From NCBI GenBank assembly GCA_964016885.1, contig OZ024742.1, forward strand, positions 14,136,001-14,200,000: a DNA stretch of 64,000 nt, in the 5' to 3' direction. The DNA comes from Eledone cirrhosa. Its lineage: Eukaryota. The position numbers and the translations under genes were made by a program. The notes beneath the pieces were generated by a model. That model did not search any database. It was not told the origin of the DNA and saw only the letters and a program-made list of their open reading frames with translations. Below are positions 39,856 through 54,179 of the stretch, piece by piece (the first letter of the stretch is position 1; every line of letters begins with the position of its first letter).

Positions 39856-42060
39856 AATGGTCACTTCATAGTATGGACTGTGGGCTGGAGTGGGGAAGGT
39901 ACATGATGATAGAAGAGGTACATCTAGGGGTGAGATATATTTTAAAAAAGTGAAAAATGTTAAAACATAACAAAAACATCAAAACCCAACCAGACCTTCC
40001 CTAGATTCTCCAATCAATAGAAAGTAGGGAATGTCTGGTTTTGTTTGGATGTTTTAATTATGTTTCATCAATTGAAAGTATTCACATGTTAGTCAGATTG
40101 TCATTTCTTTACTAAAAAATTCTTTCAAAATAACTTTCTTTTTAAGCAGGCAGATTATGCAATCAATTTATGCTTGGTTGTATTAACTCATGGCTGGGCC
40201 CCTAGATTTTCAAGTATTTTGGACTCACTCTGGCACTTAAATTCTTCACCCCACTTTAGCTGACGACAACTTGGACCCTATTAACCCATAACTTAGTCCC
40301 TTCTGGAAGGTACATCGATCTTTTATTCAACTACAGTTTAACAAAAAAAGGAGAGAAAAATCCCTTGTCATTGCAGGGTCCCTTAACTTATCAGACTTAT
40401 GTATAATATGACCCTAGATTTATGTAAATATCTGTGAAGCTAGCTAAGATAGTTGTTTATTAGGGAGTTATATAGAGGTAGTAATGTTGATATACTAATT
40501 GTAGTAAACATGAGACTGAGGAGAAAATATAAGGATCTAGTACTTAGTGGGGGTAGTGGTTAGAGGGAGGGACAAAGTAGAAGTCAAGTGAGGGGTGTTA
40601 GTAGGAGGAGTGGGTAGTGGTAGATAGAGGAGAAGTTAGTAAGAGGAGTGGGTAGTGGTTAGATAGAGGAGAAGTTAGTAGGAGGAGTGTAGTAGTGGTT
40701 AGAGAGGAGAAGTAGTTAGGAAGGGATAAAGTAGTGGTCAGAAGGAGGATTGGGTAGAGGTTAGAGTGGAGTTGGGGAGTGGAAAAGGAGGGGGAGAGTT
40801 TCATTAAGTAATCAGACACAACACACATACATAAATGCAATACATACACATACATGCAAGTACACACAAACGTACACATACATGTACGAACACAAAAGTA
40901 AATGTATGCACCCATACACATATACATGCGCGTAGACACGCATCCACAAATACACACATATACATATATACGCACGCACACACATATACATATATACGGA
41001 CGCACACACCTATACATACAAGCGCACCACACACATACACATACACATACGTACACATACATTTACGCAGAAGCAGACGCATATATAAGTACACACCCAT
41101 ACATATACGTAGCATACACACACAGACATACATGTATACAGACATAAACGTAAACATATACACGTACGCATACATATACACGTACACATAAAACATTTAA
41201 TTTCAGCCCTCCTCCTTCTCCTCTCACTCTCCTCCTCCTTGCTATCTCTGTTTATCTTCTCCCCCTCCCCTTCATGGTTAATTCACAGATATTCTACGTA
41301 GATATTGACGAAGATGGTGGCGGTGGGGGATTTAACACATTTTTTTAGTCACTCCAATTAGAAATCAATTAGTTTTCATATCTCATGTATATATACACAA
41401 CTGTAACGGGTATATATGTATATATAGACGTTACTAATAAAAATATATTATCGTCTGTTTGACGATGAGAAGTTGAAACGGAAACTACCGAGTTTTTCCG
41501 AACATAGTTGGGTGATGGCGTCGTTCGGAGTTGTTGGTATAAACGACCAACGATAAACCTTAATATTTCACTGATACCCGTACCTCAGGCGGACTTTACT
41601 GTCATGTCGTGACTAAATATCAACACATTAATTATATAATTACACGGAGGATTGCCATCTTTAACGGTAAGAACTACACACGGGATTTTAGACTGGTTTA
41701 TTTCATGATGCTGGCCTCTTCTTAGATATATATTTAGCTGTTATTTCTCACACCTTTCAAATGTTGTTATTTTTGGGGAACTCTACGTTTCACATTTTTG
41801 GACTGTCAAAATAATCATTGTTTCCTTTTATCTGTTTTCTTCTAGCTGGTTCGATTCCTATTTCTATTATATTTAGGCAGTCTTCAACTATATCGTAAAC
41901 GAGTTCACAACCATACTGTACTATGATGTAGATATTTGTTATAAACCCACTCTTACCTACTTCACTATAATTACGACAGCTATTTATAACTTTAGATATA
42001 TATATTTACCCTACGGTCAAGCTTAAACTGTTTCGATGTTGAAAATGGTCAAATTATTAG

Positions 42061-42140
<80 letters not shown>

Positions 42141-42335
42141 TATACGTATATATTCGACACACTGAAGACGAGTAGAATTTATGTTATATAAATATATTGT
42201 GTTTATAACACACACACGTAGAGAGAGAGAGATTCTACTAATTTTGACTGGTATGACCATTTTCAATATCGAAACGGTTTAAACTTAACCGTAGGGCCAA
42301 TACATATATATATACGCATACATACATATATATAT

Positions 42336-42458
42336 ATAGGAACGAGTAGGACCCCGACGGCTGAGCTCAAGCCGTTTCGACGGCTAATTCTGGACTCAGT
42401 CCAGAAATAGCCGTCGAAACGGCTTGAGCTCAGCCGTCGGGGTCCTACTCGTTCCTAT
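42336..42458. other. 123-bp near-perfect palindrome (1-nt centre at 42397, one mismatch) containing hammerhead stem II/III-like halves
   Basis: Arms checked by reverse complement. Confidence 0.92.
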
Positions 42459-42535
42459 TACCCACTCTACTATCCTAAGTATTGAGTACTTTGGTGCGTT
42501 ATGGTCCATCTGGTTCCTTACCACTTTTCCTTCGT

Positions 42536-42572
<37 letters not shown>

Positions 42573-43309
42573 TAAATTGATGTAGTTTGCACCTACAAAT
42601 AATACTGAAGTTTGTGTGTGTGATGTTAGGGCCCACATTCCTTCTGATTCAGTAGAAACATACCCTCTCTCTTGTTTTCACATTCAGTATATTTATCAAT
42701 GTGGTCTTATTTTTTTATTGTGAGACAGTGGGGTGTAATTTTGAGGGAGATTTGGCTACTATTTCTAGCGTGTTGAATGGCCACATATAATGTGTTGTGT
42801 TTGAAATAGAACCAAAGCTAGTGTCAGACCAACTGATTGTGTTGTACCACATCACCTCCCTAAACATCTCACATACTATGAACATCTGATCCATATACAT
42901 ACACACATACACAGATGTGTGTGGACCTCCCTTGGCACACATCTCACACACCATGAACATCTGATCCACACACACATACACACACACACATACACACACA
43001 CACACACAGATGTGTGTGTGGACCTCCCTCGACATACATCTCACATACCATGAACATCTGATTGACAGACACACACAACTATGTGTATATGTGTGTGTAT
43101 ATATATATATTTGCTCTACGGTTCTTATATATTTGATATATATTTATCCTTATCGAGCCCTCTTTGGATTTTAGTCTTCAAATTTATTATTATTACTATT
43201 ATATATATATATATACATATATATATATGTGTGTGTGTATATATATATATATATGAATGGGTTTATGTATATTACTCAACACACATCTGATATACCATGA
43301 ACATCTGAT

Positions 43310-43406
<97 letters not shown>

Positions 43407-43692
43407 AGTGTATGTACATTACTCGATATACATATGAGACACCATGGACATCTGATCCACGCACGCACACGCATAAACAAATATATACTGTTTACGTTAC
43501 CTTGTTTACCAATGGGTAGAACTGGTGATTTCTTTTAGTAAATCAAGATGCAATAAATTAAAGCACTCAACGTAATGCAGATCATCCATCGTAAATGTGG
43601 TATCCAGTGGTTAGTGGAGAAATGGAGTGAAATATTCATTAAAAACAACGGAAGGCTGGACTAGAAACTTTATAATTTTAATTCCGTGAAAT

Positions 43693-43764
43693 CACTATAC
43701 ATATTTCAATGGCTCAGCTTCATCATCTGAATATGATGCAAGACTAAGACGATTTCATCAGGTG
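43693..43764 (-). ncRNA. Candidate type I hammerhead ribozyme (Penelope-like pLTR type)
   Basis: Minus strand: CAC-CTGATGA-[long imperfect stem II]-GAAA-TA-TG-TA-TA-GTG. Confidence 0.5.
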
Positions 43765-43909
43765 TTAATTGCAGAATTATATAAGAGAACAGAATGTTGG
43801 CGAACCTCAGAGAATAGAGGACCAATTCAAGGATGGCCCACCGGTTCAGTGTTATTGTAACGGCAGGTTATCCCTGATTCATATATATATATATATATGA
43901 ATGTATTTA

Positions 43910-44190
43910 CAAAAGAACTGCTGGACAGATTTTACAGGTAAAACCAACCGACAGGACAGCCAGGGGCAGACCCCGAATAAGATGGTTGGATAACATCCAT
44001 GAGCTTGGTTGGTCTCACTTGGAGACTGTGCTGGTTCTGACACCCAGAGGTAGACCCCGAATAAGATGGTTGGATAACATCCATGAGCTTCGTTGGTTTC
44101 ACTTGGAGACTGTGCTGGTTCTGACAGGATCCACTAGAATGAGTGTTTGAGGACTCTAGCCCAACCCAGCGACCCTCTCAGGAATAAGTG
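43910..44190 (+). mobile_element. RTE-like LINE 3' fragment with an ~83-bp internal duplication
   Basis: Reads RILQVKPTDRTARGRPRIRWLDNIHELGW. AGACCCCGAATAAGATGG.. is duplicated. Confidence 0.65.
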
Positions 44191-44540
44191 GGTGAAGAAG
44201 AATGTATTTATGTACATTAACCCATACACATCTGACATACCATGTCCGTCTCAGCCCCCCCCCTCTCTCTCTCTGCCACACTAACTCATATCTCCTCACA
44301 CTCCAACACATACACATTTGGTGCCCTTCATCACACCACCCCATCCTTCCATTTATTGTCCCAATCTCATTAATCCCAGCCTCCTGCCCCTTATTCTGAA
44401 GTTATCCACCCTCATGCTATACCTCCCTACTCTCCTATCTATTATTCACTATAAAATACCCCTAAATCCCTTTAAAAGTCAGTGATTCCCTAATTGTAGA
44501 AATATTGTAAGGTACCTTCAGTCATTTTGGTCACACTAAA

Positions 44541-47500
44541 CATTACCAAGGTACTCTAGTTACATTACCAAGGTACTCTAGTTACATTACCAGGGTACTC
44601 TAGTTACATTACCAAGGTACTCTAGTTACATTGCCAAAGTACTCTAGTTACATTACCAAGGCACTCTAGTTACATTACCAAGGTACTCTAGTCACATTAC
44701 CAGGGTACTCCAGTTACACTACCAAGGTACTCTAATTACATTACCAAAGTACTGTGAGTTACATTCCCAAGGTACTCTAGTTACATTACCAAGGTACTCT
44801 AGTTACATTATCAAGGTACTCTAGTTACATTACCAAGGTACTCTAGTTGCATTACCAGGGTACTCTAGTTACATTACCAAGGTACTGTAGTTATATTACC
44901 AGGGTACTCTAGTTACATTACCAGGATACTTTAGTTACATTACCAATGTACTCTAGTTACATTACCAGGGTACTCTAGTTACATTACCAAGGCACTCTAG
45001 TTACACTACCAAGGTACTCTAGTTACATTTCCAAGGTACTCTAGTTATATTACGAAGGTACTCTAGTTACATTTCCAAGGCACTCTAGTTACATTTCCAA
45101 GGTACTCTAGTTATATTACCAAGGCACTCTAGTTATATTACCAGGGTACTCTAGTTACACTACCAAGGTACTCTAGTTACACTACCAAGGTACTCTAGTT
45201 ACACTACCAATGTACTCTAGTTATATTACCAAGGTACTTTAGTTACACTATCAAGGTACTCTAGTTATATTACCAAGGTACTCTGGTTACATTTCCAAGG
45301 TACTCTAGTTACATTTCCAAGGTACTCTAGTTACATTTCCAAGGCACTCTAGTAATATTAACAAGGTACTCTAGTTACACTACCAAGGTACTCTAGTTAT
45401 ATTACCAAGGTACTTTAGTTACATTACCAATGTACTCTAGTTATACTACCAAGGTACTCTAGTACATTACCAAGGTACTCTAGTTACATTACCAAGGTAC
45501 TCTAGTTACATTACCAAGGTACTCTAGTTACATTACCAAGGTACTCTAGTTACACTATCAAGGTACTCTAGCCATATTACCAAGGTACTCTAGTTACACT
45601 ACCAATGTACTCTAGTTACATTACCAGGGTACTCTAGTTACATTACCAAGGCACTCTAGTTACACTACCAAGGTACTCTAGTTACATTTCCAATGTACTC
45701 TAGTTATATTACGAAGGTACTCTAGTTACATTTCCAAGGTACTCTAGTTACATTACCAAGGAACTCTAGTTACATTTTCAAGGCACTCTAGTTATATTAC
45801 CAAGGTACTTTAGTTACACTACCAAGGTACTCTAGTTATATTACCAAGGTACTTTAGTTACATTACCAATGTACTCTAGTTACACTACCAGGATACTCTA
45901 GTTACACTACCAAGGTACTCTAGTACATTACCAAGGTACTCTAGTACATTACCAAGGTACTCTAGTTACATTACCAAGGTACTATAGTTATATTACCAGG
46001 GTACTGTAGTTACATTACCAAGGTACTCTAGTACACTACCAAGGTACTCTAGTTACATTACCAAGACACTAGTTATATTACAAAGGTACTCTAGTTACAC
46101 TACCAGGGTACTCTAGTTACATTACCAAGGTACTCTAGTTACATTACCAAGGTACTGTAGTTAAATTGCCAAGGTACTGTAGTTATATTGCCAAGGTACT
46201 CTAGTTATATTACCAAGGTACTCTAGTTGCATTACCATGGTATTCTAGTTGCATTACCATAGTATTCTAGTTACACTACCAAGGTACTCTAGTTATATTA
46301 CCAAGGTACTCTAGTTACATTACTAAGGTACTCTAGTTACATTAAAAAGTGCTTTAGTTATATTACCAAGGTACTCCAGTTATATTACCAAGGTACTCTA
46401 GTTATATTACCAGGCTACTCTAGTTACATTACCAAGGTACTCTAGTTACATTATCAAGGTACTCTAGTTACATTACCAAGGTACTCTAGTTGCATTACCA
46501 GAGTACTCTAGTTACATTACCAAGGTACTGTAGTTATATTTCCAGGGTACTCTAGTTACATTACCAGGATACTCTAGTTACATTACCAATGTACTCTAGT
46601 TACATTACCAAGGAACTCTAGTTACATTTCCAAGGCACTCTAGTTATATTACCAAGGCACTCTAGTTATATTACCAGGCTACTCTAGTTACACTACCAAG
46701 GTACTCTAGTTACACTACCAAGGTACTCTACTTCACTACCAATGTACTCTAGTTATATTACCAAGGTACTCTAGTTATATTACCAAGGTACTCTACATTT
46801 CCAAGGTACTCTAGTTACATTTCCAAGGCACTCTAGTAATATTACCAAGGTACTCTAGTTACACTACCAAGGTACTCTAGTTATATTACCAAGGTACTTT
46901 AGTTACATTACCAATGTACTCTAGTTACACTACCAGGATACTCTAGTTATACTACCAAGGTACTCTAGTACATTACCAAGGTACTCTAGTTGCATTACCA
47001 AAGTACTCTAGTTACATTACCAAGGTACTCTAGTTACACTATCAAGGTACTCTAGTCATATTACCAAGGTACTCTAGTTACATTATCAAAGTACTCTAGT
47101 CATATTACCAAGGTACTCTAGTTACACTACCAAGGTACTCTAGTTACATTACCAGGGTACTCTAGTTACATTACCAAGGTACTCTAGTTACATTTCCAAG
47201 GTACTCTAGTTACATTACCAAGGAACTCTAGTTACATTTCCAAGACACTAGTTATATTACAAAGGTACTCTAGTTACACTACCAGGGTACTCTAGTTACA
47301 TTACCAAGGTACTCTAGTTACATTTCCAAGGCACTCTAGTTACATTTCCAAGGTACTCTAGTTACATTACGAAGGTAATCTAGTTACATTTCCAAGGTAC
47401 TCTAGTTACATTACCAAGGAACTCTAGCTACATTTCCAAGGCACTCTAGTTATATTACCAAGGCACTCTAGTTATATTACCAGGGTACTCTAGTTACACT

Positions 47501-48626
47501 ACCAATGTACTCTAGTTATATTACCAAGGTACTTTAGTTACACTATCAAGATACTCTAGTTATATTACCAAGGTACTCTAGTTATATTACCAACGTACTC
47601 TAGTTACATTTCCAAGGCACTCTAGTAATATTACCAAGGTACTCTAGTTACACTACCAAGGTACTCTAGTTATATTACCAAGGTACTTTAGTTATATTAC
47701 CAATGTACTCTAGTTACACTACCAGGATACTTTAGTTATACTACCAAGGTACTCTAGTACATTACCAAGGTACTCTAGTTACATTACCAAGGTACTCTAG
47801 TTACATTACCAAGGTACTATAGTTATATTACCAGGGTACTGTAGTTACATTACCAAGGTACTCTAGTACACTACCAAGGTACTCTAGTTACATTACCAAG
47901 ACACTAGTTATATTACAAAGGTACTCTAGTTACACTACCAGGGTACTCTAGTTACATTACCAAGGTACTCTAGTTACATTTCCAAGGTACTCTAGTTGCA
48001 TTACCATGGTATTCTAGTTGCATTACCATGGTATTCTAGTTACACTACCAAGGTACTCTAGTTATATTACCAAGGTACTCTAGTTACATTACTAAGGTAC
48101 TCTAGTTACATTAAAAAGTGCTTTAGTTATATTACCAAGGTACTCCAGTTATATTACCAAGGTACTCTAGTTATATTACCAGGCTACTCTAGTTATATTA
48201 CCAAGGTGCTCTAGTTACATTACCAAGGTACTCTAATTACATTACCAAGGTACTCTGGTTATATTACCAGGGTACTCTAGTTATATTACCAAGGTACTCC
48301 AGTTATATTACCAAGGTACTCTAGTTATATTACCAGGCTACTCTAGTTATATTACCAAGGTACTCTAGTTATATTACCAGGCTACTCTAGTTATATTACC
48401 AGGCTACTCTAGTTATATTACCAGGATACTCTAGTTACACTACCAAGGTACTCTAGTTAAATTACCAAGGTACTCTAGTTACACTACCAAAGAACTCTAA
48501 TTACATTACCAAGGTACTCTAGTTACATTAAAAAGTGCTCTAGATATATTACCAGGGTACTCTAGTTACATTACCAGGGTACTCTAATTACATACCAAGG
48601 TACTCTAGTTATATTACCAGGGTACC
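44541..48626. repeat. 22-bp satellite (TTACATTACCAAGGTACTCTAG)n, ~4.1 kb
   Basis: Monomer read directly; recurring variant blocks. Confidence 0.97.
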
Positions 48627-48987
48627 GTAATACATATTAAAACATATTTAAATTTTCTGAAGAGTTAAGAAACCTTTGTGTGGTGTCATGTTTCTCTTAA
48701 TAAAGTAATATCTACCCAAACAATTGTACAACTTAACAAGTCAACATAGTTTAACTGGCTATAGCTTTCATTACAAGAAACTATTGTATGATTCATTAAG
48801 TAAACGTAAGGTTTATTTTGACACCTGTCATAACATTGGTTACACTAATACCTCTGTTGACCACCTACCTTAGCAGCTTCTTAATTTACTCAGGTTTTCA
48901 TCTTCTTAATTAACTCAATCGACTGACAACTTTTTCTCTTCAGACTTGACCGATCTAATGATATCTTATCTATGTTCCTTTTCATTA

Positions 48988-50350
48988 ACCCTACCTGAGC
49001 TAACATACCCCACCCCCATCTATATATACCCTACCTGAGCTAACATACCCCACACCCCTATCTACATATACCCTACCTGAGCTAACATACCCACACCCCT
49101 CTACATAAACCCTACCTGAGCTAACATACCCCACACCCCTCTACATAAACCCTACCTGAGCTAACATACCCAACACCCCTCTATATATACCCTACCTGAG
49201 CTAACATACCCCACACCCCTCTACATATACCCTACCTGAGCTAACATACCCACACCCCTCTACATAAACCCTACCTGAGCTAACATACCCCACACCCCTC
49301 TACATATACCCTACCTGAGCTAACATACCCCACACCCCTCTACATAAACCCTACCTGAGCTAACATACCCAACACCCCTCTATATATACCCTACCTGAGC
49401 TAACATACCCCACACCCCTCTACATAAACCCTACCTGAGCTAACATACCCACACCCCTCTACATATACCCTACCTGAGCTAACATACCCCACACCCCTAT
49501 CTACATATACCCTACCTGAGCTAACATACCCACACCCCTCTACATATACCCTACCTGAGCTAACATACCCCACACCCCTCTACATATACCCTACCTGAGC
49601 TAACATACCCACACCCCTCTACATAAACCCTACCTGAGCTAACATACCCCACACCCCTCTATATAAACCCTACCTGAGCTAACATACCCCACACCCCTCT
49701 ACATATACCCTCCCTGAGCTAACATACCCACACCCCTCTACATATACCCTACCTGAGCTAACATACCCCACACCCCTCTATATAAACCCTACCTGAGCTA
49801 ACATACCCCACACCCCTCTACATATACCCTACCTGAGCTAACATACCCCACACCCCTCTACATATACCCTACCTGAGCTAACATACCCCACCCCCAGCTA
49901 CATATACCCTACCTGAGCTAACATACCCCACACCCCTCTACATATACCCTACCTGAGCTAACATACCCCACCCCCAGCTACATATACCCTACCTGAGCTA
50001 ACATACCCCACACTCCTCTACATAAACCCTACCTGAGCTAACATACCCCACACTCCTCTACATATACCCTACCTGAGCTAACATACTCCACACCCCTCTA
50101 CATATACCCTACCTGAGCTAACAAACCTCACCCCCATCTACATATACCCTACCTGAGCTAACATACCCCACACCCCCTCTACATATACCCTACCTGAGCT
50201 AATATACTCACCCCACTCCCGCCCCTCTGTCTGATCTAGTAACTCTACCGGAGCTAATATCCCCCCCCCCTCTGATCTTGTAACCCTACCTGAGCTAATA
50301 TAACCCCCGACACCCTGATCTAGTAACTCTAACTGAGCTAATATACCCCC
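48988..50350. repeat. ~40-bp C-rich minisatellite (ACCCTACCTGAGCTAACATACCCCACACCCCTCTACATAT)n, degenerating to ~50960
   Basis: Monomer read directly. Confidence 0.95.
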
Positions 50351-51654
50351 CCACACACACACACACTGATCTATTAACCCTACCTGTTCTAATATACCCT
50401 CCATTGATCTATTAACCCTATCTCTATACTAATATACCCACTCCCCATTGATCTATTAACCCTATCCTAATATACTCACCACCCCACACTGATTCTCTAC
50501 CTCTGCTAGTATACCCCCATCATTAGATACCCTACCTGTGCTAATGTAGCTCCCATCTCATGATACCCAACTTGAGCTAATACACCACCCCACCACTGAT
50601 CCATTGACCTTACCCCCACCACATATTGATACCCTATCTCTATTAATATGCCCCCTCCAGGAGGTCAATCCCTAGCATGCAGTATTGTCTGGTCAGGGTC
50701 CCCACAGTCACATGCTTGGCTGTCTTTCATTTTCAATCAATGGTGATGATGGGCTGTCTTGACATATGTCGTGTGGATCAGATTAAGGGACACACGTTGC
50801 ATTCTGGGAAAGTCAAAGCTGGCTGGTGTAGAGGTAGGGTTCTGGACAAGGTCTTGGTTGGCAAATTTGGACTCATTCCATGATCTTTGACATACCCTAC
50901 CTCAGCTAATATACCCACACCTCTGATCCATTAACCCTACATCTGCTAATATACCCCCATCACACTGTCAGGTAAGGAAATATATAAATATATTGTATCA
51001 TGCCTCTGATTTAATATGGTCTATGATTCACCTCTAAATATATATATATATATATATGTATATATATGTATCATCATCATATGTCTGCTTTCCCTGCTAG
51101 CAAGGGTTGGACAGGTCCAACATAGACCAAGTCAGTACTGAAGCAGGGCTACTGATCTTTCAGACAGGTCAAGGGATCTGAATTCTACTTATGTACAGTC
51201 ATATCAAATGCAGAAGAGAAGTTATCATGTCTTTTGACACAAATTGAAGGGTCCCTCTAAGCCTTTGTTTGGCAAGCTTTCTATGGCTTGATGCTCTCAC
51301 AACATGTATTGGCTGCTTTTATTGTATAGGTCACCAACATACACACACACACACATTATCTTATTAAGTTATTAGTACAGTTATAATCAAAAGGGCAACA
51401 AACTAATCGATCATCTCTCTCTCTCTCTCTCTCTCTCTCAGCCTCTATTATAGTATATTAGTTGGTTTTCTGGTTTTTCCACGGACCACTTAACCAGTTT
51501 CAAAGCTCGCTGCTAAATATGTCATCCTCTCCATCTTTCTACCATAGTATATCTCTAAATGGAGTCACACACTAAATATATTCCACCATACTATATCTGT
51601 AATACAACCACAGAAGTAAATATTGCTGCAAAAGTCACATTTCTCTACATCGTT

Positions 51655-52950
51655 TTGTTTGTGGAGGTATCTCTGCATGTCTATATGTATGTATGTGGGT
51701 ACGTGTTTCTGTGTGTGTGTTTGTGGAGGTATCTCTGCATGTCTATATGTATGTATGTATGTGGGTACGTGTTTGTGTGTGTGTGTTTGTGGAGGTATCT
51801 CTGCATGTCTATATGTATGTATGTATGTGGGTACGTGTTTTTGTGTGTGTGTTTGTGGAGGTATCTCTGCATGTCTATATGTATGTATGTATGTGGGTAC
51901 GTGTTTCTGTGTGTGTGTTTGTGGAGGTATCTCTGCATGTCTATATGTATGTATGTGGGTACGTGTTTCTGTGTGTGTGTTTGTGGAGGTATCTTTGCAT
52001 GTCTATATGTATGTATGTATGTATGTGGGTACGTGTTTCTGTGTGTGTTTGTGGAGGTATCTTTGCATGTCTATATGTATGTATGTATGTGGGTACGTGT
52101 TTCTATGTGTGTGTTTGTGGAGGTATCTTTGCATGTCTATATGTATGTATGTATGTGGGTACGTGTTTCTATGCGTGTGTTTGTGGAGGTATCTTTGCAT
52201 GTCTATATGTATGTATGTCTATATGTATGTGAGTACGTGTTTATGTGTGTGTGTGTGTTTGTGGAGGTATCTCTGCATGTCTATATGTATGTATGTATGT
52301 ATGTATATATGTATATGGGTACGTGTTTATGTGTATGCGAGTGTTTGTGGAGTTATCTCTGCATGTCTATATGTATATATGTGGGTACGTGTGTATGTAT
52401 GTGTGTGCGTGCGTTTGTGGAGTTACATCTGCATGTCTATATATGTATGTGTTTATGTGTGTATGTGGTTGTGGGGTTATCTCTGCATGTCACTATGTAT
52501 GTATGTATGTAGGTAGGTACGTGTTTGTGTGTGTTTGTGGAGTTATCTCTGCATGTATGTATGTGGGTATGTGTTTATCTGTGTGCGTGTCGTATTTGTG
52601 TTTATCTCAGCTCTGAGCATGTCTCTATGTATGTGTGTGTGGTGGTATCTGTGTATGTTTGTGTTTATCAGTGGTGTATACGTGTGTGTTTGTGTTTATC
52701 AGTGGTGTATGCGTGTGTGTATCTGTGAGTGTGTGCGTGTGTGTTTGTATCTTTGTGTGTATCTGTGCGCGTGTCTGTGTGTGTGGGGATTTGTGTGTTT
52801 GTGTATATCTGCGCGTGTCTGTGTGTATCTGTGTTTGTGTCTAATCTATGTGTGTGTGTGTATCTGTGTTTGTGTCTAATGTGTGTGTGTGTATCTGTGT
52901 TTGTGTCTAATCTGTGTGTGTATCTGCACGTGCCTATGTGTAATCTACGT
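51655..52950. repeat. ~60-66-bp compound minisatellite with (GT)/(GTAT) microsatellites, decaying into GT-rich low complexity
   Basis: Repeated GTGGAGGTATCTCTGCATGTCTATATG anchor. Confidence 0.9.
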
Positions 52951-53029
52951 ATGTGTATATGTATGTGTAGCTTTTCCGCAGACACCTGATCACATGACAT
53001 CACTAGATGTATGTAAACCATTCGTTGGT

Positions 53030-54015
53030 GTTACCCCTCTCCTTTCACAATCTCTCCAGCCATCAAATACCCCTCTCCTTTCACAATCTCTCCAGCCATC
53101 AAATACCCCTCTCCTTTCACAATCTCTCCAGCCATCAAATACCCCTCTCCTTTCACAATCTCTCCAGCCATCAAATATCTCTCTCCTTTCACAATCTCTC
53201 CAGCCATCAAATATCTCTCTCCTTTCACAATCTCTCCAGCCATCAAATACCTCTCTCCTTTCACAATCTCTCCAGCCATCAAATACCTCTCTCCTTTCAC
53301 AATCTCTCCAGCCATCAAATACCCCTCTCCTTTCACAATCTCTCCAGCCATCAAATACCCCTCTCCTTTCACAATCTCTCCAGCCATCAAATATCTCTCT
53401 CCTTTCACAATCTCTCCAGCCATCAAATACCTCTCTCCTTTCACAATCTCTCCAGCCATCAAATACCTCTCTCCTTTCACAATCTCTCCAGCCATCATAT
53501 ACCTCTCTCCTTTCACAATCTCTCCAGCCATCAAATATCTCTCTCCTTTCACAATCTCTCCAGCCATCAAATATCTCTCTCCTTTCACAATCTCTCCAGC
53601 CATCAAATATCTCTCTCCTTTCACAATCTCTCCAGCCATCAAATACCTCTCTCCTTTCACAATCTCTCCAGCCATCAAATACCTCTCTCCTTTCACAATC
53701 TCTCCAGCCATCAAATATCTCTCTCCTTTCACAATCTCTCCAACCATCAAATATCTCTCTCCTTTCACAATCTCTCCAGCCATCAAATATCTCTCTCCTT
53801 TCACAATCTCTCCAGCCATCAAATATCTCTCTCCTTTCACAATCTCTCCAGCCATCAAATATCTCTCTCCTTTCACAATCTCTCCAGCCATCAAATACCT
53901 CTCTCCTTTCACAATCTCTCCAGCCATCAAATACCTCTCTCCTTTCACAATCTCTCCAGCCATCAAATATCTCTCTCCTTTCACAATCTCTCCAACCATC
54001 AAATATCTCTCTCCT
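53030..54015. repeat. 36-bp minisatellite (CTCTCCTTTCACAATCTCTCCAGCCATCAAATAYCY)n, ~27 units
   Basis: 12-aa periodic ORFs in several frames. Confidence 0.97.
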
Positions 54016-54179
54016 CATGTTTTAACAAGAATTTCTCTTGAAGTTCTTCCATTCTTCTAAATATCTGTTGAAAACAAAAATGGTACAATTCTTATTCCTC
54101 TATTATATTATCCCCCTCCCCCTCCTCTCAGTACGAAGGAGAGGGGATAAATAATATAATAAGGGGAGGATGTGTTAAT

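Noticed and set aside
40598-41196. Cys/Val/Tyr- or His/Thr-rich ORFs (also 42715-43538 and 51559-53021)
   Set aside because: They come from (CA)/(TA) microsatellite low complexity.
50660-50890. Unique island within the C-rich array as a snoRNA or exon
   Set aside because: TGATGA is present, but no D box or terminal stem at a suitable distance, and no recognisable protein.
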